A DNA stretch of 64,000 bases, taken from contig JBFIHX010000005.1 of assembly GCA_041601615.1 (NCBI GenBank), positions 128,001-192,000 on the forward strand, written 5' to 3'. How positions within the stretch are numbered: position 1 is the stretch's first letter; each line of letters opens with the position of its first letter. The stretch comes from Thermoplasmatota archaeon. GTDB lineage: Archaea > Thermoplasmatota > E2 > JACPAO01 > JAHFTW01. Below, one piece after another: positions 39,120 to 49,525 of the stretch. The position numbers were made by a program, and so were the translations under genes. The notes under the pieces are model-generated. The model ran no database searches. It was not told the DNA's origin and saw only the letters and a program-made list of their open reading frames with translations.

Positions 39120-40124
39120 ATGCGCGCATGGCCTGTGTTGCTTTTGTTGCTGACTGCCCTCTCCGGATGCACAGGAGGCGACGGTGGCTCAGGGCCCGGT
39201 GGCGAGCAAGGTACGAATGGTGTCGACCGATCGAATGTGCCCGCCGCGCCTCTGCCCGAATGGCGTGTTGGCGACTACTGGGGTTACTCGGACAACCTCG
39301 GCAATCAGTTCAACTTGGTTGTGGCCGGCGACTCGGGAACGAGTTGGGACGTGCGCGCCAACGACAAGCAAATTGCCCGCTTCGATGCCCTGTTTGACAT
39401 CAGCTTCGTGGGCCCCACGCGCAAGTCCGACTTGGCTGGCCAACAGGGAACGGAGCCCGTCAAATTCTACGACTTTCCGCTCGTTGATGGCAAATCCTGG
39501 ATGACGCCTTGGGATGGCGAGAGCCGCCATGTCACGGTGGATGCCCTCGAGGACGGTACCTTCTACGTTCTGGTACACGCCGGAGGCAACGAGAATGGTG
39601 ACAAGTTTGCGGACTACGTCTATGATCCACTCGTGGGTCATTTTTCCAGCATTGCCTTCTATGAGCCCAACGGCACGGTCAGCTACGCGGCAAGCCTTAC
39701 GGACAACGGCCACGATTTCACCGGAACCCTGTATCAGTTTGGTGCCACGGAGGTCCTCATCAATCGGACTGTCGAGCGAGGCGGCTACCACATGGAGGCG
39801 TTTACGATTCCCGATGAAACCGGCGAAATGAATCTCTTGGCCATCGTTGACTGCCGGGGGCAGCAAGGCGCAGTCCTGTATGCGGTCCAAGCACCCCAGG
39901 AAGACGGATCCCAGGCACCCTTCATTCCGACACCCTTCATTGAAACCAGTGATGTGGTGTTTGGTGAAGATCAGCCTTGTCCCGACAGCGATGGGGTTTC
40001 CAATTGGCGCGAGGACGACCCGCGAGCTGGAACGTGGCGCTTCGATGCGGTGAACGGTCATGCCAGCACCTCGTTCGTGTTCCAAGCCACTTGGACTCCG
40101 CGCACGGACCTTGTCTTCAGTTGA
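39120..40124 (+). CDS. Hypothetical lipoprotein
   Basis: Lipobox ALSGC; PEWRVGDYWGY; YDFPLVDGKSW. Confidence 0.8.
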   Translation: MRAWPVLLLLLTALSGCTGGDGGSGPGGEQGTNGVDRSNVPAAPLPEWRVGDYWGYSDNLGNQFNLVVAGDSGTSWDVRANDKQIARFDALFDISFVGPTRKSDLAGQQGTEPVKFYDFPLVDGKSWMTPWDGESRHVTVDALEDGTFYVLVHAGGNENGDKFADYVYDPLVGHFSSIAFYEPNGTVSYAASLTDNGHDFTGTLYQFGATEVLINRTVERGGYHMEAFTIPDETGEMNLLAIVDCRGQQGAVLYAVQAPQEDGSQAPFIPTPFIETSDVVFGEDQPCPDSDGVSNWREDDPRAGTWRFDAVNGHASTSFVFQATWTPRTDLVFS

Positions 40125-40163
40125 GGGCGCCCACTCAAGTACAAGTCCTGCCTGGAAGTTTCC

Positions 40164-40820
40164 ATGGCCCAGACGCGCTGGTACCGGGAGCGCCTGAACG
40201 ACTCCTACTTCAAGGCGGCCAAGAAGGCGGGCTATCGCGCTCGCAGTGCGTTCAAGCTCCAGCAAATCAACAACCAGTTCAAGGTCGTCAAACCTGGCGA
40301 CGCGGTCATCGATCTTGGTTGCGCGCCCGGCGGTTGGGCCCAGGTGCTTGTCGAGATGGTCGGCGAGGAAGGCCTTGTGTTGGGCGTGGATTTGCAAAAG
40401 ACTCGGCCAATGGAGGGTGCTCGGTTCATCCAGGGCGATTTTACGCTCGATGAGACCCGCTCCCGCATGACGGCGATCCTCGCGGCGGCCGGTCGGTCGG
40501 ACCTCGACGTGGTGGTCAGCGACATGGCGCCGGACATGAGCGGCAACTACGACTTGGACCAGTTTCGTAGCGTCCACCTTTCGATGCTCGCGGTGCAGTT
40601 TGCCGACCTGCACTTGAAGCTCGGTGGGCACTTCGTTTGCAAGGTCTTCGAGGGTGCCGATTTCATGGAGATTCGCGAGATGGTTTTGAAGCGCTTCCGC
40701 AAGGTGCGCCAAGTGCACCCTGCCGCCAGTCGCAAGCAGAGCAGCGAAGTCTACCTGGTGGGCCTGGGCTACCGCGGCACGGACATGGCGGGCGAAGACG
40801 ACGACGGCGAAGAAGAGTAA
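40164..40820 (+). CDS. rlmE: 23S rRNA U2552 2'-O-methyltransferase (RlmE/FtsJ)
   Basis: GYRARSAFKL, DLGCAPGGW, VVSDMAP, CKVFEG, SSEVY (K-D-K-E tetrad). Confidence 0.95.
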   Translation: MAQTRWYRERLNDSYFKAAKKAGYRARSAFKLQQINNQFKVVKPGDAVIDLGCAPGGWAQVLVEMVGEEGLVLGVDLQKTRPMEGARFIQGDFTLDETRSRMTAILAAAGRSDLDVVVSDMAPDMSGNYDLDQFRSVHLSMLAVQFADLHLKLGGHFVCKVFEGADFMEIREMVLKRFRKVRQVHPAASRKQSSEVYLVGLGYRGTDMAGEDDDGEEE

Positions 40821-40882
40821 GTCTGGGTGATGAATTCCCGCCCGGGCGCAACGCAACATTCACTTTCCCTGGGGTCGATGGC

Positions 40883-41434
40883 ATGATGATGCCTTCCCGC
40901 CGCGGCCCCCGTTGGGTGTTCTGGCCTGCCAAGCTGTTGTGGGTGCCGTCGTTGGTCTTGGGTGCTTGGATGACCTTCGTGTCGCGGCCGTCCGTGGATG
41001 CTCTGGGAGGCGGCGCGTTTCGTGTTGGGCTTCGTTTCTTTGATTCCGCGAGTTGGAGCGCGCATCCTGTGACGCATGGCACTGGGGTCGTGTTGCTGCT
41101 GGCGGGTCTTGTGCTCTTGGCGATGTACTTGTGGACTCCTGGGCCTGACGGCGTCGGGGTCGTGGAGGAGTTTCCTCTGTGGACTTTGGCGGCGTGGGCC
41201 TTTGCGGCTGTGGCGTTGGGTGCCGCCCTTCGCTGGAATGGTCACGTCTGGGACGTTGCCTTGGATGGGATTTCGTGGCGGTTTTTGTTGTCGCTGCGGG
41301 CGCACCCGTTGGACCGCGTCGTTGCCATCGTTGCGCTTGTACTGGCTGTGGTTTGTTCTGCCGTGTCGTATGGCCGGGCGCTGGAATCGAAGTACATGGT
41401 GGACGACGGGCGCTCGTCGGCCATGGACTCCTAA
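40883..41434 (+). CDS. Hypothetical membrane protein
   Basis: Four hydrophobic segments; fills the gap between rlmE and the subtilase. Confidence 0.6.
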   Translation: MMMPSRRGPRWVFWPAKLLWVPSLVLGAWMTFVSRPSVDALGGGAFRVGLRFFDSASWSAHPVTHGTGVVLLLAGLVLLAMYLWTPGPDGVGVVEEFPLWTLAAWAFAAVALGAALRWNGHVWDVALDGISWRFLLSLRAHPLDRVVAIVALVLAVVCSAVSYGRALESKYMVDDGRSSAMDS

Positions 41435-41464
41435 TTGTTGCTCGTCGCTTGCGATACCTTTGCC

Positions 41465-42985
41465 TCACTCTTCTAGGCCTGGCCGGCGGCGAAAGCGTAC
41501 GCCCGCCAAAGCCGTGAAGGCCCCGAGCGCAAGCAATATCCAGGCAATGGGGCTGTTGGTGGTCCACGCGGATTGGTCGCCGGCGGAGAGCAAAAGGAGG
41601 GGCCGCTCGGCGCCCACGGAGTCATAGCCGATGCTGAGCGGGTCGTTGGCGTAGTCCAGGTCGCCAATGGCGGGTCCGGCGTATTTGAGGGCGCGTCCTT
41701 GGAGGAAGGCGTCGCGGTCGCCTATGGTTTGCACGGCGAGGTTGTAGGCTTGTCGCACGTCGAGGTAGCCGGCGCCGACGCGGTATTCGGCGTCAGCCAT
41801 GGGTTTGGCTGTGGCAACCAGGATGTCCATCACTTGGTCGGGGCTCAAGTCGGGGTTCGCGGCTTGCACGAGTGCGGCAGCACCTGCAACGTGGGGGGTC
41901 GCCATGCTCGAGCCACTGCGGTCCAGGTACAGTGGTTCGCCGCCGCCGGTGAGGGTTGTGGGGATGCTGGCTCCAATCAGTCGGTCGGTGCTGCGGATGT
42001 CGATGCCGGGGGCGGTAAGATCGGGGTGCTCGTAGGCCGGAACGCCGGGGCCGGGTTTGAGGCCCATGCTGCTGAAGCTTGCGCGGGCTCCTTGCAGGTC
42101 GCCGGCGGCAACACAGAGGACCCAGGTGGGTTTGCAGTGGCGGTTCAGGCTGCCTTCGATTCCGTCGTTGCCGGCGGAGAACACCACGACCATGCCGGCT
42201 TCGTAGAGTTTGAACGTGGCTCTTGTGACGGGGTGGCTGGGAGAGAGATCGCCGGAACTTCCCCAGGAGTTGCTGACGACGCGTAGGTCGAAGGCCTTGC
42301 GGTTTTCGAGGGCCCATTCGAAGCCTTCCAAGGCGCTGGCGGCGTCCACGGCGATTTCGTTGGGGTCCAGGGCGTCGTTGCTTGCTTGGAAGCTGACCAT
42401 GCGGCCGTTGCTGTAGACGCCTTCGTAGCGGCCGTGTCGGGGGTCGGTGGTGCCTAGGGCGTTGCCGGAGCCGGCGACGATGCCTGCGACGTGGCTACCG
42501 TGTCCGCTGCGGTCGCCTAGTTCTGTTTGCACGCCGTCGATGAGGCCGCCGGATCGTTTGGCGGCGAGGCTTGCGATGATGTTGCCGGCTTGAAAATCGG
42601 GGTGCAGCGCGTCGATTCCTGTGTCCACCACGAGCACGGTGGGGCCGAGTCGTTGGTTGCCGGTGGCTTGGCGGACGCGATCGGCTCCCACGTAGGGAAC
42701 ACTTTGGTCCAGGTGCAGGCGTTCGGGGGTGTTGGGCCATGCCGTGGCGCCGAGTGTTTCTAGCGCCGGGATGCTGGAGGCGGGCGCTTGGATGGCGGCC
42801 ATCCCAAGCAAGGGGTAGCGGTGCACTGGAAGTCCTGCGTCTTCGGCCCATGATAGTGCTGCTTCGAGCGTGCCGTGGTCTGTGGTGAGCAGCCAAATGG
42901 GCAATGCTTCGGCTGTTTGTGCACTGGCGGCGGGGCTTGGCGTCGAAATCAGCAACAGCAATCCCAGCAGCAGCGCCCGGCGCAC
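41465..42985 (-). CDS. Membrane-anchored S8 subtilase
   Basis: Signal peptide; VDTGID, HGSHVAG, SAGNDG, SGSSMATPHVAG; C-terminal TM followed by RRR. Confidence 0.92.
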   Translation of the reverse strand: MRRALLLGLLLLISTPSPAASAQTAEALPIWLLTTDHGTLEAALSWAEDAGLPVHRYPLLGMAAIQAPASSIPALETLGATAWPNTPERLHLDQSVPYVGADRVRQATGNQRLGPTVLVVDTGIDALHPDFQAGNIIASLAAKRSGGLIDGVQTELGDRSGHGSHVAGIVAGSGNALGTTDPRHGRYEGVYSNGRMVSFQASNDALDPNEIAVDAASALEGFEWALENRKAFDLRVVSNSWGSSGDLSPSHPVTRATFKLYEAGMVVVFSAGNDGIEGSLNRHCKPTWVLCVAAGDLQGARASFSSMGLKPGPGVPAYEHPDLTAPGIDIRSTDRLIGASIPTTLTGGGEPLYLDRSGSSMATPHVAGAAALVQAANPDLSPDQVMDILVATAKPMADAEYRVGAGYLDVRQAYNLAVQTIGDRDAFLQGRALKYAGPAIGDLDYANDPLSIGYDSVGAERPLLLLSAGDQSAWTTNSPIAWILLALGAFTALAGVRFRRRPGLEE

Positions 42986-43049
42986 GGTGCCAATGGAGCG
43001 TGTGCGTTTATTGGGGTTGTGGATGCCTCTGGCGATGGCGTGCCCGGGC

Positions 43050-43598
43050 CTAGCGCCTCTTTGCGTCCCGTTCGAATGAGGCGCGGATTTCGGCGAGGGG
43101 CGGGGGGTTGGGCCAGCTTCGGCTGATGCGGTGCAGCCAGTGGCCGCGCACGAGGTCGTGGAAGTACTGTTCGTGGTTCCATTCGACTTCGGCCATGCGC
43201 AAAAATTCGTCCACGTACCAGGCGAGGTTGGCTGCAAGCGCGAGTCTTGCGGCGTCTTCGTATTCGCGGATGTTGCGCCGTTCGATGCGCCCAGCACCAT
43301 ACATGGGTGCGTACCAGCCGCCTACGAAACAGAAGGCTGCGATCAGCAAGCCGATGACTGCGGCGTTGGCGTTGCGGATGCGGGAGGGTTTGGAGCCGAG
43401 TTTGGCAAGGATTTGCTCGATGCGTTGGATGTGTGCCAGCTCTTCGAGTCGGATTTGGCGCACGGCGGCGCGTTGCTCGTCGTTGCGCAGCGATCGCCAA
43501 TGGCCTCCGTAGGCGCGTACGGCAGCGCGTTCTCCGGCGACAGCTTTGCGAAGGCGTCGGATGAGGGCGGCCCGGGCTGATCGGGCGTCCTGGGCCAT
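43050..43598 (-). CDS. Ferritin-like di-iron protein (Coq7-like family)
   Basis: AGERAAVRAY, EELAH, IERRN..EY, EVEWNH: E/ExxH ligand pattern. Confidence 0.8.
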   Translation of the reverse strand: MAQDARSARAALIRRLRKAVAGERAAVRAYGGHWRSLRNDEQRAAVRQIRLEELAHIQRIEQILAKLGSKPSRIRNANAAVIGLLIAAFCFVGGWYAPMYGAGRIERRNIREYEDAARLALAANLAWYVDEFLRMAEVEWNHEQYFHDLVRGHWLHRISRSWPNPPPLAEIRASFERDAKRR

Positions 43599-43623
43599 GG
43601 CGGTGCCGAGTGGCAAGGGTGGT

Positions 43624-44757
43624 TCAAGGGTTCGCAGCGGAACCGGCCAGGGCTTGGACGGTTTGGCGGAGGGTCTTCATGTCGGCGTTGGTCCGAATTC
43701 CGACCGGATCCATGTGGGTGCGGGTGGCCATGAAGCCTGCGTCCTCAAGGGTTGCCATGAATTTGTCGCGGCGAGGCGCGTCGCCGCCGGCAAGTCGCCG
43801 CAGGAGCTTGGGTTCGATCCACCACGCGGGAGCTTCTGCTTCGGCAAGGAGGGCGTCGAGCAAGGACACGGATCGGTCGTCGATGCAGTCATCCAGGGCG
43901 GCTTGCATTCCGGTTAGGACGGTGGCGTCGTGCATGGCTCCGGTCCAGAGCGGCCCGGCCCAGGCGCCTTCGGCGGGAGGTGTGCGAACGAAGGAGGGCA
44001 AGTCGAGTGGGTCGGTGGCGTCGGCGTAGCCGAGGGTCCGGAGGGCTCGATCCGCATCGCCTCGTCCGTCGGTGACGCGCAGGACGACACGCATCCAGTG
44101 GCCGCCAAAGACGGACCACACCGGAGTCGCTGCGCGGTCGAGTCGTCCGGCTGCCATGACGGCGGCTCCTGCGAGGATGCGAAGGCCTGCTTCGGCGCCC
44201 CAGGGGGTTTGGTGCATGCCGTGCCAGGCGGCGTAGCGGCGTCGACACACACGCGGATAGGTGCCACACAAGGCGGCGGTGTCGGTGGCGGTGAGGCAGA
44301 CGTAGCCGTTGTGCCGAGTGGCGCGGACGGCGGCGTCCAGGAAGGGTGCGGGGCTGCCAAACGGATCAATGTCTACGAGATCGAATCGTTGGTCGGAGAG
44401 GAATGTGAATGCGTTGCCCAGTTTTGCCTTCAATCGTTCGGGCGCGATGCCGTTGCGGGCGCGGGAAGCTAGCATGGCTTCGATGGCGGCGGGGTCGCCG
44501 TCGTTCGCGTGCACCACGAGGGGGGCATCCACTTCGTTGGCAAAACGCAGCGAGCGAGCACCGGCTCCGCAGAGGGCGTCGGCGATGTCCAGTTCCCGAC
44601 CCCGTTCGCGGGCCATGTGGCGCACGAGCAGGAGGGTCAGGTCGCGGTTGCGTCGCATCGCGGGGTTGTAGAACGGTGCCTCTTTGCTGATGGCGCCGGG
44701 GCCGGTGTTCTCGGAGGCAGAAACCGGGAGGAGGGTGCGGCCCTCGACCGCGTCCAT
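43624..44757 (-). CDS. trm1: tRNA (guanine26-N2)-dimethyltransferase
   Basis: FYNPAMRRNRD, DIDPFGSP, LTATDTAALCG, EAGLRIL, GPLWTG, IRTNA. Confidence 0.93.
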   Translation of the reverse strand: MDAVEGRTLLPVSASENTGPGAISKEAPFYNPAMRRNRDLTLLLVRHMARERGRELDIADALCGAGARSLRFANEVDAPLVVHANDGDPAAIEAMLASRARNGIAPERLKAKLGNAFTFLSDQRFDLVDIDPFGSPAPFLDAAVRATRHNGYVCLTATDTAALCGTYPRVCRRRYAAWHGMHQTPWGAEAGLRILAGAAVMAAGRLDRAATPVWSVFGGHWMRVVLRVTDGRGDADRALRTLGYADATDPLDLPSFVRTPPAEGAWAGPLWTGAMHDATVLTGMQAALDDCIDDRSVSLLDALLAEAEAPAWWIEPKLLRRLAGGDAPRRDKFMATLEDAGFMATRTHMDPVGIRTNADMKTLRQTVQALAGSAANP

Positions 44758-45341
44758 CAGTAGTAGGTGGTCTGAAGGTGGTCCTTCAGCAGCTTCTCGA
44801 TCTTGTAGGGAAGCAGGTTCTTGTTGACTGCGGTGACTTCCAAGATGCGTACGTCGTCGCGGCGGCGAAGGTCCTGCAATAGGGGGTTGCGGCTCTTCTT
44901 GTGCAGCGTCATGATGATGGGCTTGGGGCAGTCGAGTGCCTTCTTGACGGCGGCGTTGAAGGCTTCCGAGTGCATCTCCATTTTGCCGACTTCGTCGATG
45001 ATGATGATGTCCACTTCTTCGTCTTCGATGCTGTCCAGGATGGCTTTGACTCCGATGCGGTCCAAGGGGTCGATGTCGACGTGGTAGACGCCGTCGTCGG
45101 TTTCGGTTTTGAACTTGGAGTCGAACTCCTTGCTGGAGAACACTTCTTTTTCGCCGGTTTCCCAGTTTTCGACGTAGAAGCCCACGCGTTCGTCGCCGGG
45201 GGGCGGCCGGTAGGCGCGGGTGATCATTCCGCCGACGACGAAATCGTCGCGTTCGAGCTTGCGGCAGATGGCGGCCAACGTGGCGGTCTTGCCCACGTTT
45301 GGAAGGCCCGTGATGCCGATCTTCGGCTTTGTCTCGTGCAT
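44757..45341 (-). CDS. Archaeal nucleoside-triphosphatase (NTPase_1/THEP1)
   Basis: ITGLPNVGKT Walker A; IIIDEVGKME Walker B. Confidence 0.9.
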   Translation of the reverse strand: MHETKPKIGITGLPNVGKTATLAAICRKLERDDFVVGGMITRAYRPPPGDERVGFYVENWETGEKEVFSSKEFDSKFKTETDDGVYHVDIDPLDRIGVKAILDSIEDEEVDIIIIDEVGKMEMHSEAFNAAVKKALDCPKPIIMTLHKKSRNPLLQDLRRRDDVRILEVTAVNKNLLPYKIEKLLKDHLQTTYY

Positions 45342-45486
45342 GGGGGCGTTCCTCTCTTGGCGATGGGCAATGCGTGGACTTACTAAAGGAGACCGCACCG
45401 AGCGCGGCGAGTTCCAGTGCAAAGTGGCGGTGGGTGATGACGTGGTCATGGAGCTTTGGGCGGGGTTGCGTGGGTCCGTTTTTGGG

Positions 45487-46284
45487 TCATGCAAGCGCTG
45501 CGGTTGCTTCCTGGGCGTCCATGAGTTCGAGGGTGGTCTGCAACCGTTGGGTTGGGTCGTAGACGACGTAGCGGCTGATGCGTCGGGCTTCCACGAGACC
45601 GGCTTCGCGTAGGCGGGCAAGGTGTTTGCTGGCGGCCGGGTTTTGGATGCCGAGGTCTTCGCAGAGTCCTTTTTGGTGGATGCCGGGGTTGTTTGCGATG
45701 GCGCGGGCGAGGTTGTAGGCGCTTGGTTGTTGGAGTGTGGCCCAGCCGCCTCGGACGCGGGCTTCGGGGGTGTTGGCCAGGAAGTAGCGGTGGTGGTTGA
45801 TGCGTCGGTCGTCGACAAGTTCGCCGCTGCGTGCGAGGCGGTCGAGGTGGTAGACGGCGGTGCCCCAGGCGATGTCGAGGGCGTTGCGTACCTCCATGAT
45901 GGTGGCGCCGGGGTGGTCGTGGATGTATTCGCGCACGCGGCGGCGGATGGGGTTTTCGAGCAGGTGTTCGGGGGCGATTCTGGACCAGAAGCCGAGCAGG
46001 GGCAGGAGCACGGCGAATCGAAGGAGGCGGCCGAGGCCGGGGCCCGCGTAGGCGAGTCCCAGAAGCAGGATTTTGCCGGCGGCTGTGAATGCGAGCAGGG
46101 CCGGCAAGGCCCACCAGAGGCTCCATCCGTCGCGGCTGGCGGCGGTTTGGGTGCCCGCTTCGGCGGAGCGCACGCCTTGTTCGAGTTCGTCTGTGAGATC
46201 GATGGGGTGGGGGTCGATGCTGCCGCCGACGAATAGGAACGCACCGGCGAGGGCTAGGAGCAGCAGGGCGGGTTGTGGCTTCAT
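45487..46284 (-). CDS. Membrane-tethered tandem winged-HTH regulator
   Basis: N-terminal hydrophobic segments, then LLENPIRRRVREYIHDHPG...YHLDRL and NPGIHQKGL...HLARLREAGLV. Confidence 0.85.
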   Translation of the reverse strand: MKPQPALLLLALAGAFLFVGGSIDPHPIDLTDELEQGVRSAEAGTQTAASRDGWSLWWALPALLAFTAAGKILLLGLAYAGPGLGRLLRFAVLLPLLGFWSRIAPEHLLENPIRRRVREYIHDHPGATIMEVRNALDIAWGTAVYHLDRLARSGELVDDRRINHHRYFLANTPEARVRGGWATLQQPSAYNLARAIANNPGIHQKGLCEDLGIQNPAASKHLARLREAGLVEARRISRYVVYDPTQRLQTTLELMDAQEATAALA

Positions 46285-46625
46285 CGTTGCATCTTCCTGC
46301 GGGCGTGGGTGCCGTGGCGTTTGTCGAGGGCGCCGAGGATGCTGCCTGCATCTCGGGGGGCGTCGGGCCGACTCGATTGATGTGGAGGTTGTTGTTGCCG
46401 CCGTTTTGTGGGGCGGGCGGTTATCCAGACCATGAGGCTTGTGGGCTCTGGTTCGGTGGGGTTGTCGCTTTCATCGGGTGGGGTCCTTCGCGCATCGATC
46501 ACCGGAACCACATCTTCTGGGCCCCATCCACCCTCCATGGGTGGCGTCTCTTCGTTTGGCGGCGCTGCCGTGTCCTGATGGTCGCGGCGAGCGGCCGGGG
46601 GCGGGCTTGGGCTTGGGGTTACCAT
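46281..46625 (-). CDS. Small Pro/acidic hypothetical protein between two wHTH genes
   Basis: Overlaps both neighbours (ATGA coupling at 46281-46284); GGAGG upstream. Confidence 0.45.
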   Translation of the reverse strand: MVTPSPSPPPAARRDHQDTAAPPNEETPPMEGGWGPEDVVPVIDARRTPPDESDNPTEPEPTSLMVWITARPTKRRQQQPPHQSSRPDAPRDAGSILGALDKRHGTHARRKMQR

Positions 46626-47110
46626 GTTGGAGGCCCTCCGAGGTCCATGCCGGCTCGTGTGGCCATGGCTTCGAGGTCTTTGGAGGGGTAGATGCGGTTG
46701 GCGCCGAGGCTTTGGTCGCGGCGTAGGATGCCGGCTTTTTCCATGCGGCGCACACGGCGGTGGACGCTGCTGGGGGCGCAGCCGAGGCGTTCTGCGAGTG
46801 CGGTTTGGTTTTGTCCCGGTTCGGCGGCTACGAGCCGTGCGACGCGCATGTTGCGGTTGTCGCGAAGCAGTGCTGCGGCGGCTTTGTTGGCGACGGCGCC
46901 TCGGCTGCGGTCGTACCAGCACATCAGGGCGCCTACTTTGCGGTGGACGACGATGCCTTCTGCTTCTAGGACGCGCAGGTGGTGTAGGCAAGCGTTCCAG
47001 CTGCTGCCGGTAAGAACACTGAGCCGTCGGACGTGGATGCCGGGGATGGCTTGCACTAGGGCGAGGATGCGGGAGCGAAGGGGCGTGCGGCTTGGCACGG
47101 GGCGGGTCAT
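46619..47110 (-). CDS. Tandem winged-HTH regulator
   Basis: RSRILALVQAIPGIH...HHLRVLE; EPGQNQTALAERLG...RRMEKAGIL. Confidence 0.82.
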   Translation of the reverse strand: MTRPVPSRTPLRSRILALVQAIPGIHVRRLSVLTGSSWNACLHHLRVLEAEGIVVHRKVGALMCWYDRSRGAVANKAAAALLRDNRNMRVARLVAAEPGQNQTALAERLGCAPSSVHRRVRRMEKAGILRRDQSLGANRIYPSKDLEAMATRAGMDLGGPPTW

Positions 47111-47300
47111 GGGGGATGCTCGTGCGCGCCGGGTGGTGGCAGCTTGCTCGAATGGCCGGAACCGATTGGGTCGGGCTGGTGGAGTCGACGGCGGGGTTGG
47201 TGACGGGGTTGGTGACGAGGTCGGCGGCGGGGGGTGGCGTGTGGCGGTTCCGGCCATTCGTGACGCGGGCCATAGCGGTCGGCGGGCCAAGCAGCGTTTG

Positions 47301-49220
47301 GTGCGCCATTTGAGCCCCAAGACCCCCGACCGAAGAGCGAGGCGCCGCAAGGCCGCCTTCGCCGCCTCCGTGACCGCTTTGTTGCTGGTCACGGGGCTCT
47401 CTGCCCTCTATATCCTACCGCGCAATGGCTTCGTTCCGCCGAACGTGGAGCCTGTGCATGATGGCGGTGGACACGCCGTGTTCGATGCCAACCAAACGGT
47501 GGCGGCTGCCATCGCCGAGATGCAGGCTATTGCGGATGCGACTGCGAGCGCCGTGGCTCAGGCGGGCGCCGCTGCGGACGCCGAGTTCAATGCCAGTCTC
47601 GATGCGGCCAGTCAGTCCGCCGCATCTGCTGCCGCCGAGGCGGAGTCTGCCGTGGCTGCTGCCGGGAACGCCGGAGGCAATCTGACTGAGGCCCCCGAAG
47701 GGTACGTGGAGGGTGGCTCCGTGCAGGTTGTCGTGGATGACGTGTCTGAGTCGGAGTTCCAGAACGGTTCGTACCAGTATGAGTACACGTTCCATGCTCC
47801 TGGCGAAGGCGGCGACTACCAGAACAGCAGCAGCAGTTTCGAGGCACGCGGTGGGCTGAATCTGCCGGCCAGTGGTGTTGCCCAGGTGGACACGACGTTG
47901 GCCGCTGCGGTGGACGCCTATCTGACGTACAAGACGCAACTCATGGAAGGCATCGTCGCGGAAAACAATGTCAGCGTGCTTCTGGGCGAGGACTACCATT
48001 ACGTCTCTGGCGCCGAGGGGTACTCGTACTACGAAGCGCCCGACAAAGAAGGCGCAGAGGCGGCCCTTGCGCATGCCAACGCGACGATCGAAGCGGCGTT
48101 TCGAGCCGCCGGCAACGCGCGCGCAGCAGTGAACGCTTCTTGGTCCATTGAGTTGACGCTGGTGGCCGAGACGGAGGCGCAAATCGAAGCCGCCGCCGAT
48201 GCCGCAGCACAAGCAAAGGCCGACGTGTCCGCGGAAGCGGAGGCCAAGGCGGACGCACAGTTTGCCGCGGCATTCGACAAGGAAGCTGAGTTGCACGCGG
48301 AAGCAGAACACAAGATCGACGAAGCGCACAAGGTCCACAAGGGTGCCAAAGCGCAGGTGCAAGCCGAGACCCAAGGGCAAGTGGAAGCGATGTACGGCGC
48401 CGCTGCAACGGCCGAGGAGCAATTCACGGCTCGTGCCCAAGATGCACTTGCCGCCGGCGCTGAAGCGGAGGAAGCCATTTGGGCCGCAGCCGACGCCCAG
48501 GTCGCCGCGCTGCTGAAGGCGGGAAGTGATGCGGGCGTGAATGTCAGCGGCGAAGTCGAGGCAATCATGTCCGTGGCTGCCGAACAAGCGTCTCGCGCCC
48601 GGTTCAGTGCCCAGTACATGCATGACTTGATGGTTCGACAGGCTGCCAATGCTCGCGTCAACGCCGACGCCCGAGCCAGTGCCATGTGGGACGCCGCAGC
48701 CTCGGCCGATGCCCGGCTGGATGCGCAATTGGAGGTCAGTGTGAAGCTGATTCTGCGCGCCGAGGCGTATGCTGTTGCTCGCGTGCATGCAGAAGCCGAG
48801 GCTCGTGCCCAAGCGTACTTTGCCACGGCCCAGCGACTTAGCGCCCAAATCGACCAGCGCTACCACGCCGAGGTGCAAGCCCTGATTCGAGCGGCGTTCA
48901 GCGTCCACTTTGCCAGCCAAGGCAACTTGGATTCGAGCCGGGACCTGGCGGAATTGGTGCGCCAAGACATGAACGTGGAAGTGGCCAAGGACGTGTCCTA
49001 CATGCGCACGGTCGCCAGTGACTACGAGCGGCGCGAGGCGCTGCCCGAGTATGCCGGCGAAGCGGATTACTGGTATGATCTTGCCAGTGCCGTGGAGACC
49101 GACGGCGCGGGGGTCACGCAATACGTCGACCTTGTGTTGCTGCCGGAGATTGAGGAGAAGTCGCAGACCTTTGTTGGCGTCCAAAGAGACCTGACGGCTC
49201 TGCAAGAAAAGTGGGCCTAG
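47301..49220 (+). CDS. Long Ala-rich helical protein with N-terminal membrane anchor
   Basis: Basic stretch plus a single TM, then Ala/Glu/Gln-rich helical sequence. Start uncertain. Confidence 0.78.
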   Translation: MRHLSPKTPDRRARRRKAAFAASVTALLLVTGLSALYILPRNGFVPPNVEPVHDGGGHAVFDANQTVAAAIAEMQAIADATASAVAQAGAAADAEFNASLDAASQSAASAAAEAESAVAAAGNAGGNLTEAPEGYVEGGSVQVVVDDVSESEFQNGSYQYEYTFHAPGEGGDYQNSSSSFEARGGLNLPASGVAQVDTTLAAAVDAYLTYKTQLMEGIVAENNVSVLLGEDYHYVSGAEGYSYYEAPDKEGAEAALAHANATIEAAFRAAGNARAAVNASWSIELTLVAETEAQIEAAADAAAQAKADVSAEAEAKADAQFAAAFDKEAELHAEAEHKIDEAHKVHKGAKAQVQAETQGQVEAMYGAAATAEEQFTARAQDALAAGAEAEEAIWAAADAQVAALLKAGSDAGVNVSGEVEAIMSVAAEQASRARFSAQYMHDLMVRQAANARVNADARASAMWDAAASADARLDAQLEVSVKLILRAEAYAVARVHAEAEARAQAYFATAQRLSAQIDQRYHAEVQALIRAAFSVHFASQGNLDSSRDLAELVRQDMNVEVAKDVSYMRTVASDYERREALPEYAGEADYWYDLASAVETDGAGVTQYVDLVLLPEIEEKSQTFVGVQRDLTALQEKWA

Positions 49221-49525
49221 TCTCTGCCTGCTTGGTGCGGAGGTCGGAAGTTCCGGCGCCGTGCCTCCTCTCTCGTCCTCTTTCCCCCGGTCCTTTGCCC
49301 GCTTTCTCCCGCATTTCCCTTATTTCCTAGGCTCTCCCCCGTTTTCTCCTGCTTCCTCCCGTCCTCATCCCGTCCTCATCCGTGCTCCCCCAAGCTCCTC
49401 CCTTCTTCTCCACTCTCCGATCATCTCCTCCTGTCTCCTCCAGTTTCCCTCCTTTCTCCTTTGATTCCAGCCGTTCGAGCCGGACCCCATCTCCTTCGGA
49501 GGCCCAACTTCTCGTGGTGACATGC

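Noticed and set aside
45342-46244. Long N-terminal extension of the NTPase ORF
   Set aside because: Off-frame shadow of the wHTH gene; the NTPase begins at MHETKPK (45341).
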